Part shown: positions 1-9,524 of the stretch, in pieces
Layout of the letters: each line of letters begins with the position of its first letter
Numbering within the stretch: position 1 is the stretch's first letter
NCBI GenBank assembly: GCA_034658935.1
Contig: JAYEGE010000008.1
Location: 68,678 to 132,677, forward strand
DNA: 64,000 bases
From: Patescibacteria group bacterium
Lineage (GTDB): Bacteria > Patescibacteriota > Minisyncoccia > Phycocordibacterales > JACOZG01
Direction of reading: 5' to 3'
Notes under the pieces: model-generated
What the model was told of the DNA's origin: nothing
The model's database searches: none
What the model saw: only the letters and a program-made list of their open reading frames with translations
Program-made: the position numbers and the translations under genes

Positions 1-149
1 GTACCGATTCGGTACGGGCGGGGTGTCTCGGTCGCAGCCCCAGCTCGCTGCCTCGCTTGCTAGCTCGGTGTCGCTCCGCTTTTCGAGTCCCTCTGAGCGA
101 AGAATCACTGGAGCACCAACGCTATCACGTTGGTGCTAAGTGTTTCTAG

Positions 150-222
150 TCCGCTCAGAGGGATTCGAACCCCCGACCGTTCGGTTAAGAGCCGACTGCT
201 CTACCAACTGAGCTATGAGCGG
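150..222 (-). tRNA. tRNA-Lys(CTT)
   Basis: Reverse complement folds as a cloverleaf: acceptor CCGCTCA/TGAGCGG, D-arm AGCTCAGTTGGTAGAGC, anticodon loop CT-CTT-AA, T-loop GTTCGAATC. Confidence 0.93.
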
Positions 223-394
223 AAACTTATTATTTACTGTCATCTGTCCACGCACCTCTAGTCCGATTACTCGGACCCTGTCCGCCCTCTGGCGGGAACT
301 GAGCCCCGCTCGTACCGAACAGTGGTGCGTTCGGGCGGGTATGAGCGGATGTTATGAGTGTAAAACTAAAGACGAAAAAAGTAAAATGAAGTAG

Positions 395-476
395 TGGGCC
401 AGGTGGGAATCGAACCCACATCCCTTGCGAGACACGATTTTAAGTCGTGCGCGTATACCAATTCCGCCACTGGCCC
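395..476 (-). tRNA. tRNA-Leu(TAA)
   Basis: Acceptor GGGCCAG/CTGGCCC, anticodon arm CACGA-CTTAAAA-TCGTG, long variable arm, GTTCGATTC. Confidence 0.95.
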
Positions 477-546
477 GAATATATTCTGCCTGCCTTCGGC
501 AGATGCTGAATTTTCATAGTCGCTTCTGCCCCTTAAAAATTCGCAG

Positions 547-618
547 AGGCCTAGGGCGGAATCGAACCGCCGTATAAGGGTTTTGCAGACCCTTGCCTTA
601 CCACTTGGCGACTAGGCC
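547..618 (-). tRNA. tRNA-Cys(GCA)
   Basis: Acceptor GGCCTAG/CTAGGCC, anticodon arm AGGGT-CTGCAAA-ACCCT, U discriminator. Confidence 0.95.
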
Positions 619-624
619 GTATTT

Positions 625-945
625 TTACTTTAACAATTCTTCTACCCTTTGCCTATTCTTTTCTCCCTGGTCAATCTCGAAGCTGAAGCGAGGAACAGCT
701 CGTGAGGATAGGTTCTTTTTGACATGTTGGCGCAGCTCGCTGAGCTGACGCCGGGCAAAGTCGAGCGCCGCCTGCTCTTTCTCTACTGGGTAGACGCTGA
801 GGAGAACATCTGCTCGACGGCCGTCACTAGACAGGTTTAAGCCCGTCACTGTGATTAGAGATTGCGGCCCAGCATGTTGCTGCAAGAAGCCGGCCGTTAA
901 TTGGCTGAGGGCGGCGATTAGACGCTCGCGACGATGTTCGCTCAT
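625..945 (-). CDS. rbfA: ribosome-binding factor A
   Basis: 106 aa, ITVT..LSSD and P.F.FEID motifs, directly downstream of infB. Confidence 0.9.
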   Translation of the reverse strand: MSEHRRERLIAALSQLTAGFLQQHAGPQSLITVTGLNLSSDGRRADVLLSVYPVEKEQAALDFARRQLSELRQHVKKNLSSRAVPRFSFEIDQGEKNRQRVEELLK

Positions 946-951
946 GTTTGC

Positions 952-2478
952 TTATTGGGTGACGAGATCGAAAGCAACCAATTGGTCACCGGCGGCGATT
1001 GTCGCCTTGGTTTCTACTAAGGCTCCAAATTGATTACCTTCCTGCACTTCTTTGGTTTTCAGTTTTTGCTCTTGTAGCTCAACGATCTTACCCCGGTCTA
1101 TTTCGCTGTCCCGACGGAGTATCTTTACTTGTTTGCCAACCATCAATTTCCCCTCTAAGACATTCCCCCCAATGACCTGCTTATTCTTGGTGCCGCCGAA
1201 GACTTTAAGAATCTTGGCTCGGCCGATCTCATTCTCTACCTGTTTCAGGGGGGTGCGCCGCTTGATTTCTTCAGCCAACCACTCTGATAATTTATAGATG
1301 ATGTCGAAGGTGTGAACCACAACCTTATTTGTCTCCGCCAATTCGGTGGCCGCCTTCACTGCCTCTACATTGAAACCTAGCACCAAAGCCCCTTCTGTCG
1401 CTCGGGCCAATTTAATATCGGTCTCAGTGATCGTCCCAATTGAGGCATCGAGAAGCTTCAGTCCCACTTCCGGAGTTTCTAATTTAGCGAGCTCGTGTTT
1501 AACAGCCCCTAAACTACCAGCCACATCGGCCTTAATGATTATTGGGATGTTTATTTTATCGGCCTCCTCTGTGTTGGACGTTGCGTTACCGCCTTGGACT
1601 TGGTCTTCGGCGGCCTCGGCTTCTGCTGCCTTCTCAGCTTCGCGGCGATTACCGTAGGCGGTGAAAGTGGCCCCTACTGGGGGCAGATTGGAGAGACTTA
1701 TCAGGAGGGCGGGGGAGGAGAAGCTTAATTCCTTTACTCGTTCTCTGAGAAAATTCTGGAGAGATCTGACCTTATTAGTTTTGCCGCTGGCCACTAGATA
1801 ATCGCCTACATGCAAAATTCCATCTTTGATAATCAATACGGCAGAGTTGCCGCTCTTGGGGTCTAGATTGGTCTCAAGAATTACTCCAGTGCCAGGAGCC
1901 TTCGGGTCGCCCTTCAATTCTGCCAGCTCAGCAGTGAGGAGGAGGAGATCAAGGAGCTCCTCAACCCCCGCTCCCGTCTTAGCTGAGATCGCCGCCCAGG
2001 GAATGTCTCCACCATAACCTTCCACCAAGACTTCCGCCTCAGCCAATTCCTGTTTAATGGTATCCGGATTAGTGTTGGGGCGATCTATTTTATTAATTGC
2101 TACAACGTATGGCAGGTCCTGCTTCTGGATCGCCTTCAAGGCTTCCAGTGTTTGAGGTTTGACGCCCTCCTCGGCCGAGACTATGAGGATGGCAATGTCG
2201 GCTAGGCCAGCACTCCGCTCTCTAATATCGCCAAAGGCCTCGTGGCCAGGCGTGTCAATAAAAGTAATTCGACGTTTTTGCCCCTCACTGTCGGTGCGCT
2301 CAACTTCATAAGCACTGACGGCCTGGGTAATTCCCCCGGCCTCACTCTCGACCACTTTAGTTTGGCGGATATAATCAAGGAGAGTAGATTTGCCATGGTC
2401 GATATGGCCCATTACAACAATAACCGGCGGGCGCCGTGTTGATACCTCGGTATTTTTTTTGATCGCTTTTTTTGCCAT
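952..2478 (-). CDS. infB: translation initiation factor IF-2 (short form, no N-terminal extension)
   Basis: RPPVIVVMGHIDHGKST, GGITQ, DTPGHEAF and NKID GTPase motifs. Confidence 0.97.
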   Translation of the reverse strand: MAKKAIKKNTEVSTRRPPVIVVMGHIDHGKSTLLDYIRQTKVVESEAGGITQAVSAYEVERTDSEGQKRRITFIDTPGHEAFGDIRERSAGLADIAILIVSAEEGVKPQTLEALKAIQKQDLPYVVAINKIDRPNTNPDTIKQELAEAEVLVEGYGGDIPWAAISAKTGAGVEELLDLLLLTAELAELKGDPKAPGTGVILETNLDPKSGNSAVLIIKDGILHVGDYLVASGKTNKVRSLQNFLRERVKELSFSSPALLISLSNLPPVGATFTAYGNRREAEKAAEAEAAEDQVQGGNATSNTEEADKINIPIIIKADVAGSLGAVKHELAKLETPEVGLKLLDASIGTITETDIKLARATEGALVLGFNVEAVKAATELAETNKVVVHTFDIIYKLSEWLAEEIKRRTPLKQVENEIGRAKILKVFGGTKNKQVIGGNVLEGKLMVGKQVKILRRDSEIDRGKIVELQEQKLKTKEVQEGNQFGALVETKATIAAGDQLVAFDLVTQ

Positions 2479-2527
2479 GAGTAAAGTAATATGGAGCCGA
2501 TTCTAGGGCCTATTGGATGCGTGCTTG

Positions 2528-2974
2528 CTACTGCAATGCAGCCTGCTCTTCGTCGGTTAACTCGTATTCACTCCGCCGGCCAATAATGGGCTTAGCGTAA
2601 ACATTGACCTTGTCGCGAGAGTATAGACTAGAAACTACCGCTCCATTACCCCTTTCGTCAAGGAAGGCGGTGACAAAGCTCTGATTGCCACCTTGATCTT
2701 GGAAGGGGTTAAAGCGGACAGTTTTAACGTGCTGGATGCTACGCCGCAGGCGCTCCTCGACTTTTATGAGATGTTGAGTAATCTCTTCATTGATCTTATC
2801 TGTCTGCTGGACAGCTTCGTTTAGGTTATTGATAACCCCCTCAAGGCTCTTGGCGTTTTGGCCTCGGAGGAAGCGACTCAGCTTGATTTCCAGGCGGATA
2901 ATCCATACGAGTAAGACGACAATCGCCAATAGGGCTAGAAGAAAGGGGAGATCGTCTGTCAAATTAAAGGCCAT
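2528..2974 (-). CDS. DUF4446-like membrane-anchored protein
   Basis: N-terminal TM helix, coiled coil, VRFNPF..GGNQSF and YAKPI..S.Y.LT.EE motifs. Confidence 0.75.
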   Translation of the reverse strand: MAFNLTDDLPFLLALLAIVVLLVWIIRLEIKLSRFLRGQNAKSLEGVINNLNEAVQQTDKINEEITQHLIKVEERLRRSIQHVKTVRFNPFQDQGGNQSFVTAFLDERGNGAVVSSLYSRDKVNVYAKPIIGRRSEYELTDEEQAALQ

Positions 2975-3012
2975 AGTTTCCCAATTATAAACGATTAGCT
3001 AGAATACGTCTA

Positions 3013-4251
3013 ATGCCTAAAACACGTCGAATTAATTTTGATACCGCCGCCGCTACACCACTGGACCCGGCAATCAAGCGAGAGATGAATGCTTATCTAC
3101 GCAGCAATTTCGCTAACCCGTCTGGCTTGCACCAAGAGGGGGTGGCGGCGGCGCGTGAGCTTGCCAATGCCCGTGCGCGAGTGGCTGCCATCCTTGGTGC
3201 TCACTCTGACGAGATTGTTTTCACTAGTGGCGGGACTGAGGCGAATAACTTGGCGGTTTTTGGCGTAGTTGAGGCTCTTGAATCATTTGGACACGCCGTG
3301 TCCAAATCAAGGAAGCCCATTTGGACATGGCGTGTCCAAATGCAGGTGGTTACTTCGGCCATTGAGCACGCCTCGGTATTGGGGGCGGTGCGGGTGCTCG
3401 AGGGGCGGGGAGTGAAGGTGAGTTATCTGTCAGTAAATCGTGAAGGCTTAGTTAATCAAAAAAAATTGAAGACCGCCTTAAATAAAAAAACCAAACTCGT
3501 TTCTATTATTTATGCCCATAATGAAATTGGGGTGGTCCAACCGATCAGGGAGATTGCTAAAATTATCCGTCACCATTGTAAGCGGCATGGGACGGTTTAT
3601 CCTTATTTACATATTGATGCCTGCCAGGCGCCGCGTTTTCTTGACATCAACGTGGCTCGCTTGGGCGTAGACTTGATGACAATCAATGCTGGTAAGATTT
3701 ATGGCCCGCGTGGTATTGGTGCGCTCTACGTTAGGCGAGGTGTCGAGCTTGGGGCGCAATCAGTCGGTGGTAGCCAGGAGGGTGGACGGCGAGCAGGGAC
3801 TGAGAACGTGGCCGGTGCCATCGGCCTAGCCGGGGCCCTAGAAATTTGTGCTAAGGAGCGCGAAAAAGAAGCCAAGAGATTAAGCAAATTGCGCGATCAA
3901 TTAATTGCTGGCTTATTAAAGATTGATGGTGTTGAGTTGAATGGGCCACTGACAGAAAGATTGCCCAATAACGTTAATATTGGTGTTGGTGTCCCTAATC
4001 TAGAAAGTGAACAGGTGGTCATCGAGCTTGATGCCCAGGGCATTGCTTGTTCTACTGGCGCGGCTTGTAGCATTCCTAAACGTGACGGTTCCTATGTTAT
4101 AATGGCTCTAGGCAGAGACGAAGTGGCGGCGCGGAATGCAATTAGATTTACCCTTGGGCGGGAGGCGACGTCGGCTGACGTTAGGCATGTATTAAAAAGT
4201 CTAATAGCAATTTTCAAAAAATATGTACCAAGTCCCATCACTAAAATTTAG
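3013..4251 (+). CDS. iscS: cysteine desulfurase (IscS/NifS family)
   Basis: ANPS..H, FTSGGTEANN, IEHASV, GKIYGP (PLP lysine), STGAAC. Confidence 0.92.
   Translation: MPKTRRINFDTAAATPLDPAIKREMNAYLRSNFANPSGLHQEGVAAARELANARARVAAILGAHSDEIVFTSGGTEANNLAVFGVVEALESFGHAVSKSRKPIWTWRVQMQVVTSAIEHASVLGAVRVLEGRGVKVSYLSVNREGLVNQKKLKTALNKKTKLVSIIYAHNEIGVVQPIREIAKIIRHHCKRHGTVYPYLHIDACQAPRFLDINVARLGVDLMTINAGKIYGPRGIGALYVRRGVELGAQSVGGSQEGGRRAGTENVAGAIGLAGALEICAKEREKEAKRLSKLRDQLIAGLLKIDGVELNGPLTERLPNNVNIGVGVPNLESEQVVIELDAQGIACSTGAACSIPKRDGSYVIMALGRDEVAARNAIRFTLGREATSADVRHVLKSLIAIFKKYVPSPITKI
3285..3342. repeat. inverted doublet of REP-like palindromes, in-frame within iscS
   Basis: ATTTGGACACG-C-CGTGTCCAAAT (3285-3307) and CATTTGGACATG-G-CGTGTCCAAATG (3318-3342). 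Confidence 0.85.
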
Positions 4252-4370
4252 ATATTCTGACTTGGAACCACATATTTTCACCTCATAAATTGGCCGCGGA
4301 TTGAGAGCTTGCTTAATTCTTGAAATTATTGTATCATAGATTAATCAACATATAATCAATTTGTAAAAGA

Positions 4371-5282
4371 ATGGAGGAATTAAATAAAAACCAAATAGTT
4401 CTCTTGACTCTACTAGTTAGCTTTGTCACCTCGATTGCTACGGGCATTGTGACCGTTACTCTTATGGATCAGGCTCCGGCCCCGGTGACTCAGACCATTA
4501 ATCGGGTAGTTGAGCGAACTATTGAAAAGGCGGTCCCCGGCGAGACCAAAATAGAGACGGTCGTTAAGGAGGTCCCAGTAGTGGTAACCGAAGATAAATT
4601 GATTGTCGATGTTATTAACAATACTTCTCCGGGGGCGGTTAGGATTACCGACCTTGAGGGCGAGACTGTGGCGACTGGTTTTATCGCTGATGCAAGCGGT
4701 TTGGTGGCGACTGCCAAGTCCCTACTCATTCCTCTGGCCCCTATCGAGACTATTGATGATGATGCCGCCGGGCTCACAAATGAGGAGGAAGTAGAGATAG
4801 ATGCTGTAGAGGAAGAGACTCCAGAGTCGGAGCCTGCCCCCACTGATTACTTGGTTCACTTTAATAATGGTCAGAGTCTCTCAGCTAAATTACTAGAGAC
4901 CAATGCTGAAGTGGAGGTGGCTCTCTTGAAAGTTGATTTGGGGGAAGTGGCCGATATTGGTCAATTGGCCGGAGTTGGTGGCACCACCAGCAGGCAGCCA
5001 ATAGTTCTATCTCTCACTGACGACGAGCCTTTGCCTGGTCAGACAGTGGTCGCGCTTGGCCTACCAGATGCTGGGCCGATTAATGTCTCTGGAGGTTTGG
5101 TTTCTAGTGTTTACGCTGACGGCGCGGGCGTGACACTAATCGTTACTACTGCCGCCAATGTTAGTAACCTGGGTGGCCCACTCTTCAATACCGATGGTGA
5201 AGTGATTGGTCTCAATCGGTCGGTTGGGTCAGCGATTGGTGCGGAGGCGATTAGACAAGCTATTACTGAAATAAGCACTTAG
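4371..5282 (+). CDS. membrane-anchored trypsin/HtrA-like protein, catalytic motifs degenerate
   Basis: N-terminal TM; TGFI, ALLKV, G..VVALG and GGPLFNTDGEVIG motifs; His and Ser motifs altered. Confidence 0.75.
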   Translation: MEELNKNQIVLLTLLVSFVTSIATGIVTVTLMDQAPAPVTQTINRVVERTIEKAVPGETKIETVVKEVPVVVTEDKLIVDVINNTSPGAVRITDLEGETVATGFIADASGLVATAKSLLIPLAPIETIDDDAAGLTNEEEVEIDAVEEETPESEPAPTDYLVHFNNGQSLSAKLLETNAEVEVALLKVDLGEVADIGQLAGVGGTTSRQPIVLSLTDDEPLPGQTVVALGLPDAGPINVSGGLVSSVYADGAGVTLIVTTAANVSNLGGPLFNTDGEVIGLNRSVGSAIGAEAIRQAITEIST

Positions 5283-5297
5283 GCCCCACAATAACTT

Positions 5298-8003
5298 ATG
5301 CCTCCATTCCATAATTTCACTACTAAAGCCAAGGAAGTGATCCGTAAGACTCACGAGTTAGCAATTGAACGTGGTCGAAACCAAGTTGGACCTATCCAGC
5401 TTTTGGCAGCTTTATTGCTCCAGGAGGAGAGCTCTTTTATTTCCATTCTCGATAAAATTGAGATTGACACCGTCATGTTGACTGACCACGTTATCGAGCA
5501 TCTAGATGGCGCGTCAGGTGGTGGCGGAGTTTCGTCAGCTCCCTATCAGATTTACATTACCCCCGAGCTGGTTAAGGTTTTCGAGACCTCAGTTAAGATC
5601 GCCGCTAATTTACAAGACGAGTTTGTTTCCACTGAGCATTTATTACTCGCTTTGCTAGAGACTCCCAATCAAGCTCACGAAATCTTGCAACGCTTCCGAG
5701 TAAGTAAGGACCAGATTTTGAAAGTGCTCCAAGACTTGCGTGACAATAAGGTCCATGAAGTTGATCAGCCAAAAAAGCTCCGGGCAATTGAGCGCTACAC
5801 CAAGAATCTGACCGAAATGGCCAGGCAAGATAAACTCGACCCCGTTATCGGTCGAGAAGCTGAGGTCCAACGTCTGATGGAGATCTTGTCTCGTCGGACA
5901 AAAAATAATCCTATCCTAATTGGAGAGGCTGGCACTGGTAAAACCGCGATTGCTGAGGGTCTAGCTATTAAGATTGCCAAGGCCGATGTTCCTGAATCTT
6001 TGCGAGAGAAGGAAGTAGTTTCCTTAGACTTGGGCTCTTTAATCGCTGGCACGAAGTATCGTGGTGAATTCGAAGATCGGTTAAAGAATGTCCTTAAGGA
6101 AATCGAGCGCTCGGGCAATAAGCTAATTCTCTTCATCGACGAGATCCATACTATTGTTGGCGCTGGTGCTGCCGAGGGGGCGATTGATGCTTCTAATATG
6201 TTGAAGCCAGCCTTGGCGCGCGGTGAACTCCGCGCTATTGGGGCAACTACGCTTAAGGAGTACCAAAAGCATATTGAACGAGATCAGGCCCTGACACGCC
6301 GCTTCCAACCTATCCATGTTGAGGAGCCTAGCGTTGATGACGCCATTGCTATTTTGCGGGGCTTGCAGGATAAGTATGAGTTTCATCACGGCATTCATAT
6401 TACCGATAAGGCCATTGTTGCGGCAGTTAAACTCTCTAGCCGTTATATTACTGACCGCTTCTTGCCCGACAAAGCAATTGATCTTATTGATGAGGCCTCT
6501 TCAGCTTTGCGCTTACAGCTTGAGAGTAAACCTCGCGAGTTGTCCGAGTCTGATATTAAAATTATGCGCCTCGAGGTGGAGAGGGAAGCCCTAAAGAAGG
6601 AGGTGGAAGTGAATAAGGACGCCAAGGCCAAGACCCGAATTAAAAAAATTGATAAAGAAATTAGTGATTTGCGTGAGAAGGTCAGCGAACTCGAACTCAA
6701 GTGGAAGAATGAGAAGGAGACCATTGGTGAGATTAAGACAATGAAGGGTGAGCTAGAGAGCTTGCGACTAGAGGCTGAACAGGCCGAGCTGCGTTCAGAC
6801 TTAGCCAAGGCCGCCGAGATTCGTTATGGCAAGCTCCCAACTATCCAAAAGAATCTGTCTTCACGAGAGACTCGCCTGAAGAAACTCCAACGTTCGCGAC
6901 GCCTACTTAAGGAAGAGGTGAATGAGGAGGAGATCGCTCAAGTGGTTGCTCGTTGGACCCACGTGCCAGTAACTAAGATGCTCGAGGGCGAGGTTGATCG
7001 CTTGGAGAGGATTGAAGAGGAGCTACGGAAACGAGTTCGTGGTCAAGATGAAGCAATCAAGAAAATCTCAGAAGCGGTTAAGCGTTCGCGCGCCGGTGTT
7101 TCTGATCCCGATAGGCCGATTGGCTCCTTCATGTTCTTGGGGCCAACAGGCGTTGGTAAGACAGAACTTGCCAGGGCGCTCGCCGCCTTCATGTTTGATG
7201 ACGAGAAGGCACTCGTCCGGGTGGACATGAGTGAATACATGGAGAAGTACTCGGTCTCTAAGATGATCGGCTCGCCGCCTGGCTATGTTGGTCATGAAGA
7301 AGGTGGGGCGCTTACTGAGACGGTCCGTCACCGCCCTTATTCTGTTCTCCTCTTCGACGAGATTGAGAAAGCTCATCCTGAAGTCTTTAATATCTTCCTC
7401 CAAGTATTAGATAATGGCCGCTTAACTGACGCTAAAGGGCGAGTGGTCAATTTCAAAAATACGATTATTTTGCTGACTTCTAATTTGGGGAGTGAGTATA
7501 TTAATCGTTTGCAACAACGAATCGGCTTTAATCAAAAAGATGGTGCCGAGTTGCCTGATCCAGAAGAGATGAAAGCTAAGATTCATGAGAGCCTAAAGAG
7601 TCATTTCCGTCCGGAGTTTTTGAATCGGCTTGACGACATTGTGATTTTCAATTCTCTTTCGGTAGAGCAGATTAAAGAGATCGTAGATATTCAATTAGAA
7701 TTGGTGCGCGAGCGTCTATCTCATAAATTAATCAAATTAGAAATTACCCCAGAAGCGAGGGGGTATTTGGCTCGCGAAGGTTATAGCGTCGAGTATGGTG
7801 TCCGCCCACTCAAGCGCTTGATCCAGACCAAGGTGCTTAATCAAGTCGCCGAGCTTATTATTGCCCGCAAGATTGATCGCGGTGGGGAGGTTTTGGTGAG
7901 AATGAAAGACGGCAAACTTGTGGTGGAACTAAAGAAAGCCTCCCGCACCCGCCGTGTCCGTTCAACTATCGACTCTCGCCCCGTAGCCGGGGGAGTAAAA
8001 TAA
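5298..8003 (+). CDS. clpB: ATP-dependent chaperone ClpB
   Basis: Two AAA modules (GEAGTGKT, GPTGVGKT), long middle coiled coil, RVDMSEYMEK. Confidence 0.93.
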   Translation: MPPFHNFTTKAKEVIRKTHELAIERGRNQVGPIQLLAALLLQEESSFISILDKIEIDTVMLTDHVIEHLDGASGGGGVSSAPYQIYITPELVKVFETSVKIAANLQDEFVSTEHLLLALLETPNQAHEILQRFRVSKDQILKVLQDLRDNKVHEVDQPKKLRAIERYTKNLTEMARQDKLDPVIGREAEVQRLMEILSRRTKNNPILIGEAGTGKTAIAEGLAIKIAKADVPESLREKEVVSLDLGSLIAGTKYRGEFEDRLKNVLKEIERSGNKLILFIDEIHTIVGAGAAEGAIDASNMLKPALARGELRAIGATTLKEYQKHIERDQALTRRFQPIHVEEPSVDDAIAILRGLQDKYEFHHGIHITDKAIVAAVKLSSRYITDRFLPDKAIDLIDEASSALRLQLESKPRELSESDIKIMRLEVEREALKKEVEVNKDAKAKTRIKKIDKEISDLREKVSELELKWKNEKETIGEIKTMKGELESLRLEAEQAELRSDLAKAAEIRYGKLPTIQKNLSSRETRLKKLQRSRRLLKEEVNEEEIAQVVARWTHVPVTKMLEGEVDRLERIEEELRKRVRGQDEAIKKISEAVKRSRAGVSDPDRPIGSFMFLGPTGVGKTELARALAAFMFDDEKALVRVDMSEYMEKYSVSKMIGSPPGYVGHEEGGALTETVRHRPYSVLLFDEIEKAHPEVFNIFLQVLDNGRLTDAKGRVVNFKNTIILLTSNLGSEYINRLQQRIGFNQKDGAELPDPEEMKAKIHESLKSHFRPEFLNRLDDIVIFNSLSVEQIKEIVDIQLELVRERLSHKLIKLEITPEARGYLAREGYSVEYGVRPLKRLIQTKVLNQVAELIIARKIDRGGEVLVRMKDGKLVVELKKASRTRRVRSTIDSRPVAGGVK

Positions 8004-8005
8004 GA

Positions 8006-8030
8006 TTAATCGACCCCGAGGGTCGATTAA
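8006..8030. terminator. hairpin after clpB (putative terminator)
   Basis: TTAATCGACCC-CGA-GGGTCGATTAA, 11-bp stem just after the stop codon. Confidence 0.6.
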
Positions 8031-8231
8031 GGGGGACGCTCTTTCCTGGCGCTGAGGGTCCCCTTGAGACACCTGGTATCTTGGGTTATAATGCCGTTCG
8101 TTCGCATGTTTGTTCGTAAAAGCGTCGGTGGCCCTCCTTCGTTCGCTAGTAAGCGAACTACGGACGGGCGAGTGGTGAGGAGGCGCGTATGTTTTGTTTT
8201 CCGGGCTCCCATATTGTTGGAGTACCTGAGA

Positions 8232-8314
8232 GCGTCGGTGGCGGAGTGGTCAATCGCAACAGACTGTAAATCTGTCGACTTATGTCTACGCAGGTTCGAA
8301 TCCTGCCCGGCGCA
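8232..8314 (+). tRNA. tRNA-Tyr(GTA)
   Basis: Acceptor GCGTCGG/CCGGCGC, anticodon arm ACAGA-CTGTAAA-TCTGT, long variable arm, GTTCGAATC. Confidence 0.95.
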
Positions 8315-8397
8315 CAATTTGACAATTAGTTTTAAATAGTATATTGTGAAGAGGGTCGGTTAGATATTTCCAAGGTTCAAAAAGAAAGGGAAGTGCC

Positions 8398-8694
8398 ATG
8401 GAGCAGATTTTCGGTGTGGCGGCGCTGATTTGTGGGTTGCTGACATTTCTCGTGGGGTTGTCGGCGCAGGCGCTTAAGCAATACCGCGAGAAGAGATGCG
8501 GCATCAGTATCGTTTTCGCCGGGCTTGGGACTATCACCTGCATTGTCCGGATCACCTACTTTGCCTTGGCGGAAGCTTATTGGACGATTCCGCCGGACGT
8601 GGTGGGGCTAGCTGTTTCAGTTATCATACTGTACCAATATGGTGCCTATGAACGGCATTGGTGGGGCAATCTCGCTCGTCGTGGGCAGACCTAG
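8398..8694 (+). CDS. small 3-TM membrane protein (PQ-loop/SemiSWEET-like)
   Basis: 98 aa, three hydrophobic segments, AQ..K.Y..K..GIS pattern, purine-rich RBS. Confidence 0.5.
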   Translation: MEQIFGVAALICGLLTFLVGLSAQALKQYREKRCGISIVFAGLGTITCIVRITYFALAEAYWTIPPDVVGLAVSVIILYQYGAYERHWWGNLARRGQT

Positions 8695-8734
8695 TTGGCC
8701 CTAGACAGGGAATTGAGGCCATGATAAGCTACTA

Positions 8735-8942
8735 GACAGGTAGGACGTTGGCGATTTTTTGCGACACTGTGCCGTTGCGGCTGACCCTCGAACAAATTTC
8801 ATCCCTAATGTAATGCAAGTGGACTAGCCGCGATGGCCGTTCTCGATTAAATCGTAACGACACCACCCCCCCCCGACCTGATATATTGGGTCAACAGCCG
8901 CCACAGATGACTTCAAAGTTTGTGGCGGCACTTTTATTTTTT
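8735..8942 (+). ncRNA. putative structured small RNA, copy A
   Basis: TAGACA-17-TAAGCT promoter-like motif (8702-8730), stem GCCGTTGCGGCT/AGCCGCGATGGC, terminator hairpin 8897-8929 with T-tract; homologous to 9525-9666. Confidence 0.45.
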
Positions 8943-9045
8943 CCACTGGACTTTCGGGCTGCAATATGCCGTACTCCTAATGGAACAATTATTGAGCCGG
9001 GGTGGCTCGTGATGGTACATTCCAATACAAAGAAAGGGGGCTATC

Positions 9046-9477
9046 ATGCCCATTGTTGTTCAAGCAATTTTGCTCTTGGCCTACTTTATCACTGGCTGTA
9101 TTCTCTCGTGGCCTTACACTTATCTCGCTGGCGGGAGTCCCGGGCATTGGTCCTCGGCGGCCTGGCTGACGCCCGTTGCCACCCTTCTCCTATATGCCAC
9201 TTACCTGATGAAGAGAGGTCGATGTCGTAGGGAGAATCGGTGTGTTGCTCCATTTTGGGTGCTGCTGACTTACTTTTGTCTCCCCGTACTTTTGAACGGG
9301 GTTTCGTTTCTGCTAAAGTCGGTGGGGTGCGAGGTGGTGGGGAGTTACGTCTTCGAAGTTCGTTATGTCAGCCTCTTGTTTCTGCCGATGCTCCTTGTGA
9401 TCGGTCTGACGGTTGTCAGTGGGATGCACAGTATTTGTCGGTGGTTTAGCCGGGGCGGTGTAACATTGGTCATCTGA
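9046..9477 (+). CDS. hypothetical membrane protein
   Basis: 143 aa, about 4 TM segments, AAGAAAGGGGG RBS. Confidence 0.65.
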   Translation: MPIVVQAILLLAYFITGCILSWPYTYLAGGSPGHWSSAAWLTPVATLLLYATYLMKRGRCRRENRCVAPFWVLLTYFCLPVLLNGVSFLLKSVGCEVVGSYVFEVRYVSLLFLPMLLVIGLTVVSGMHSICRWFSRGGVTLVI

Positions 9478-9524
9478 CGGCAGTGGGAAGGCTAGATATC
9501 CTATGAGGCCGTGCTAGACTATCA

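Noticed and set aside
8735-8942. Firm 6S RNA (ssrS) assignment
   Set aside because: The stem-bubble-stem shape is suggestive, but paralog B lacks the same central stem and I cannot run a covariance model; left as a putative ncRNA.
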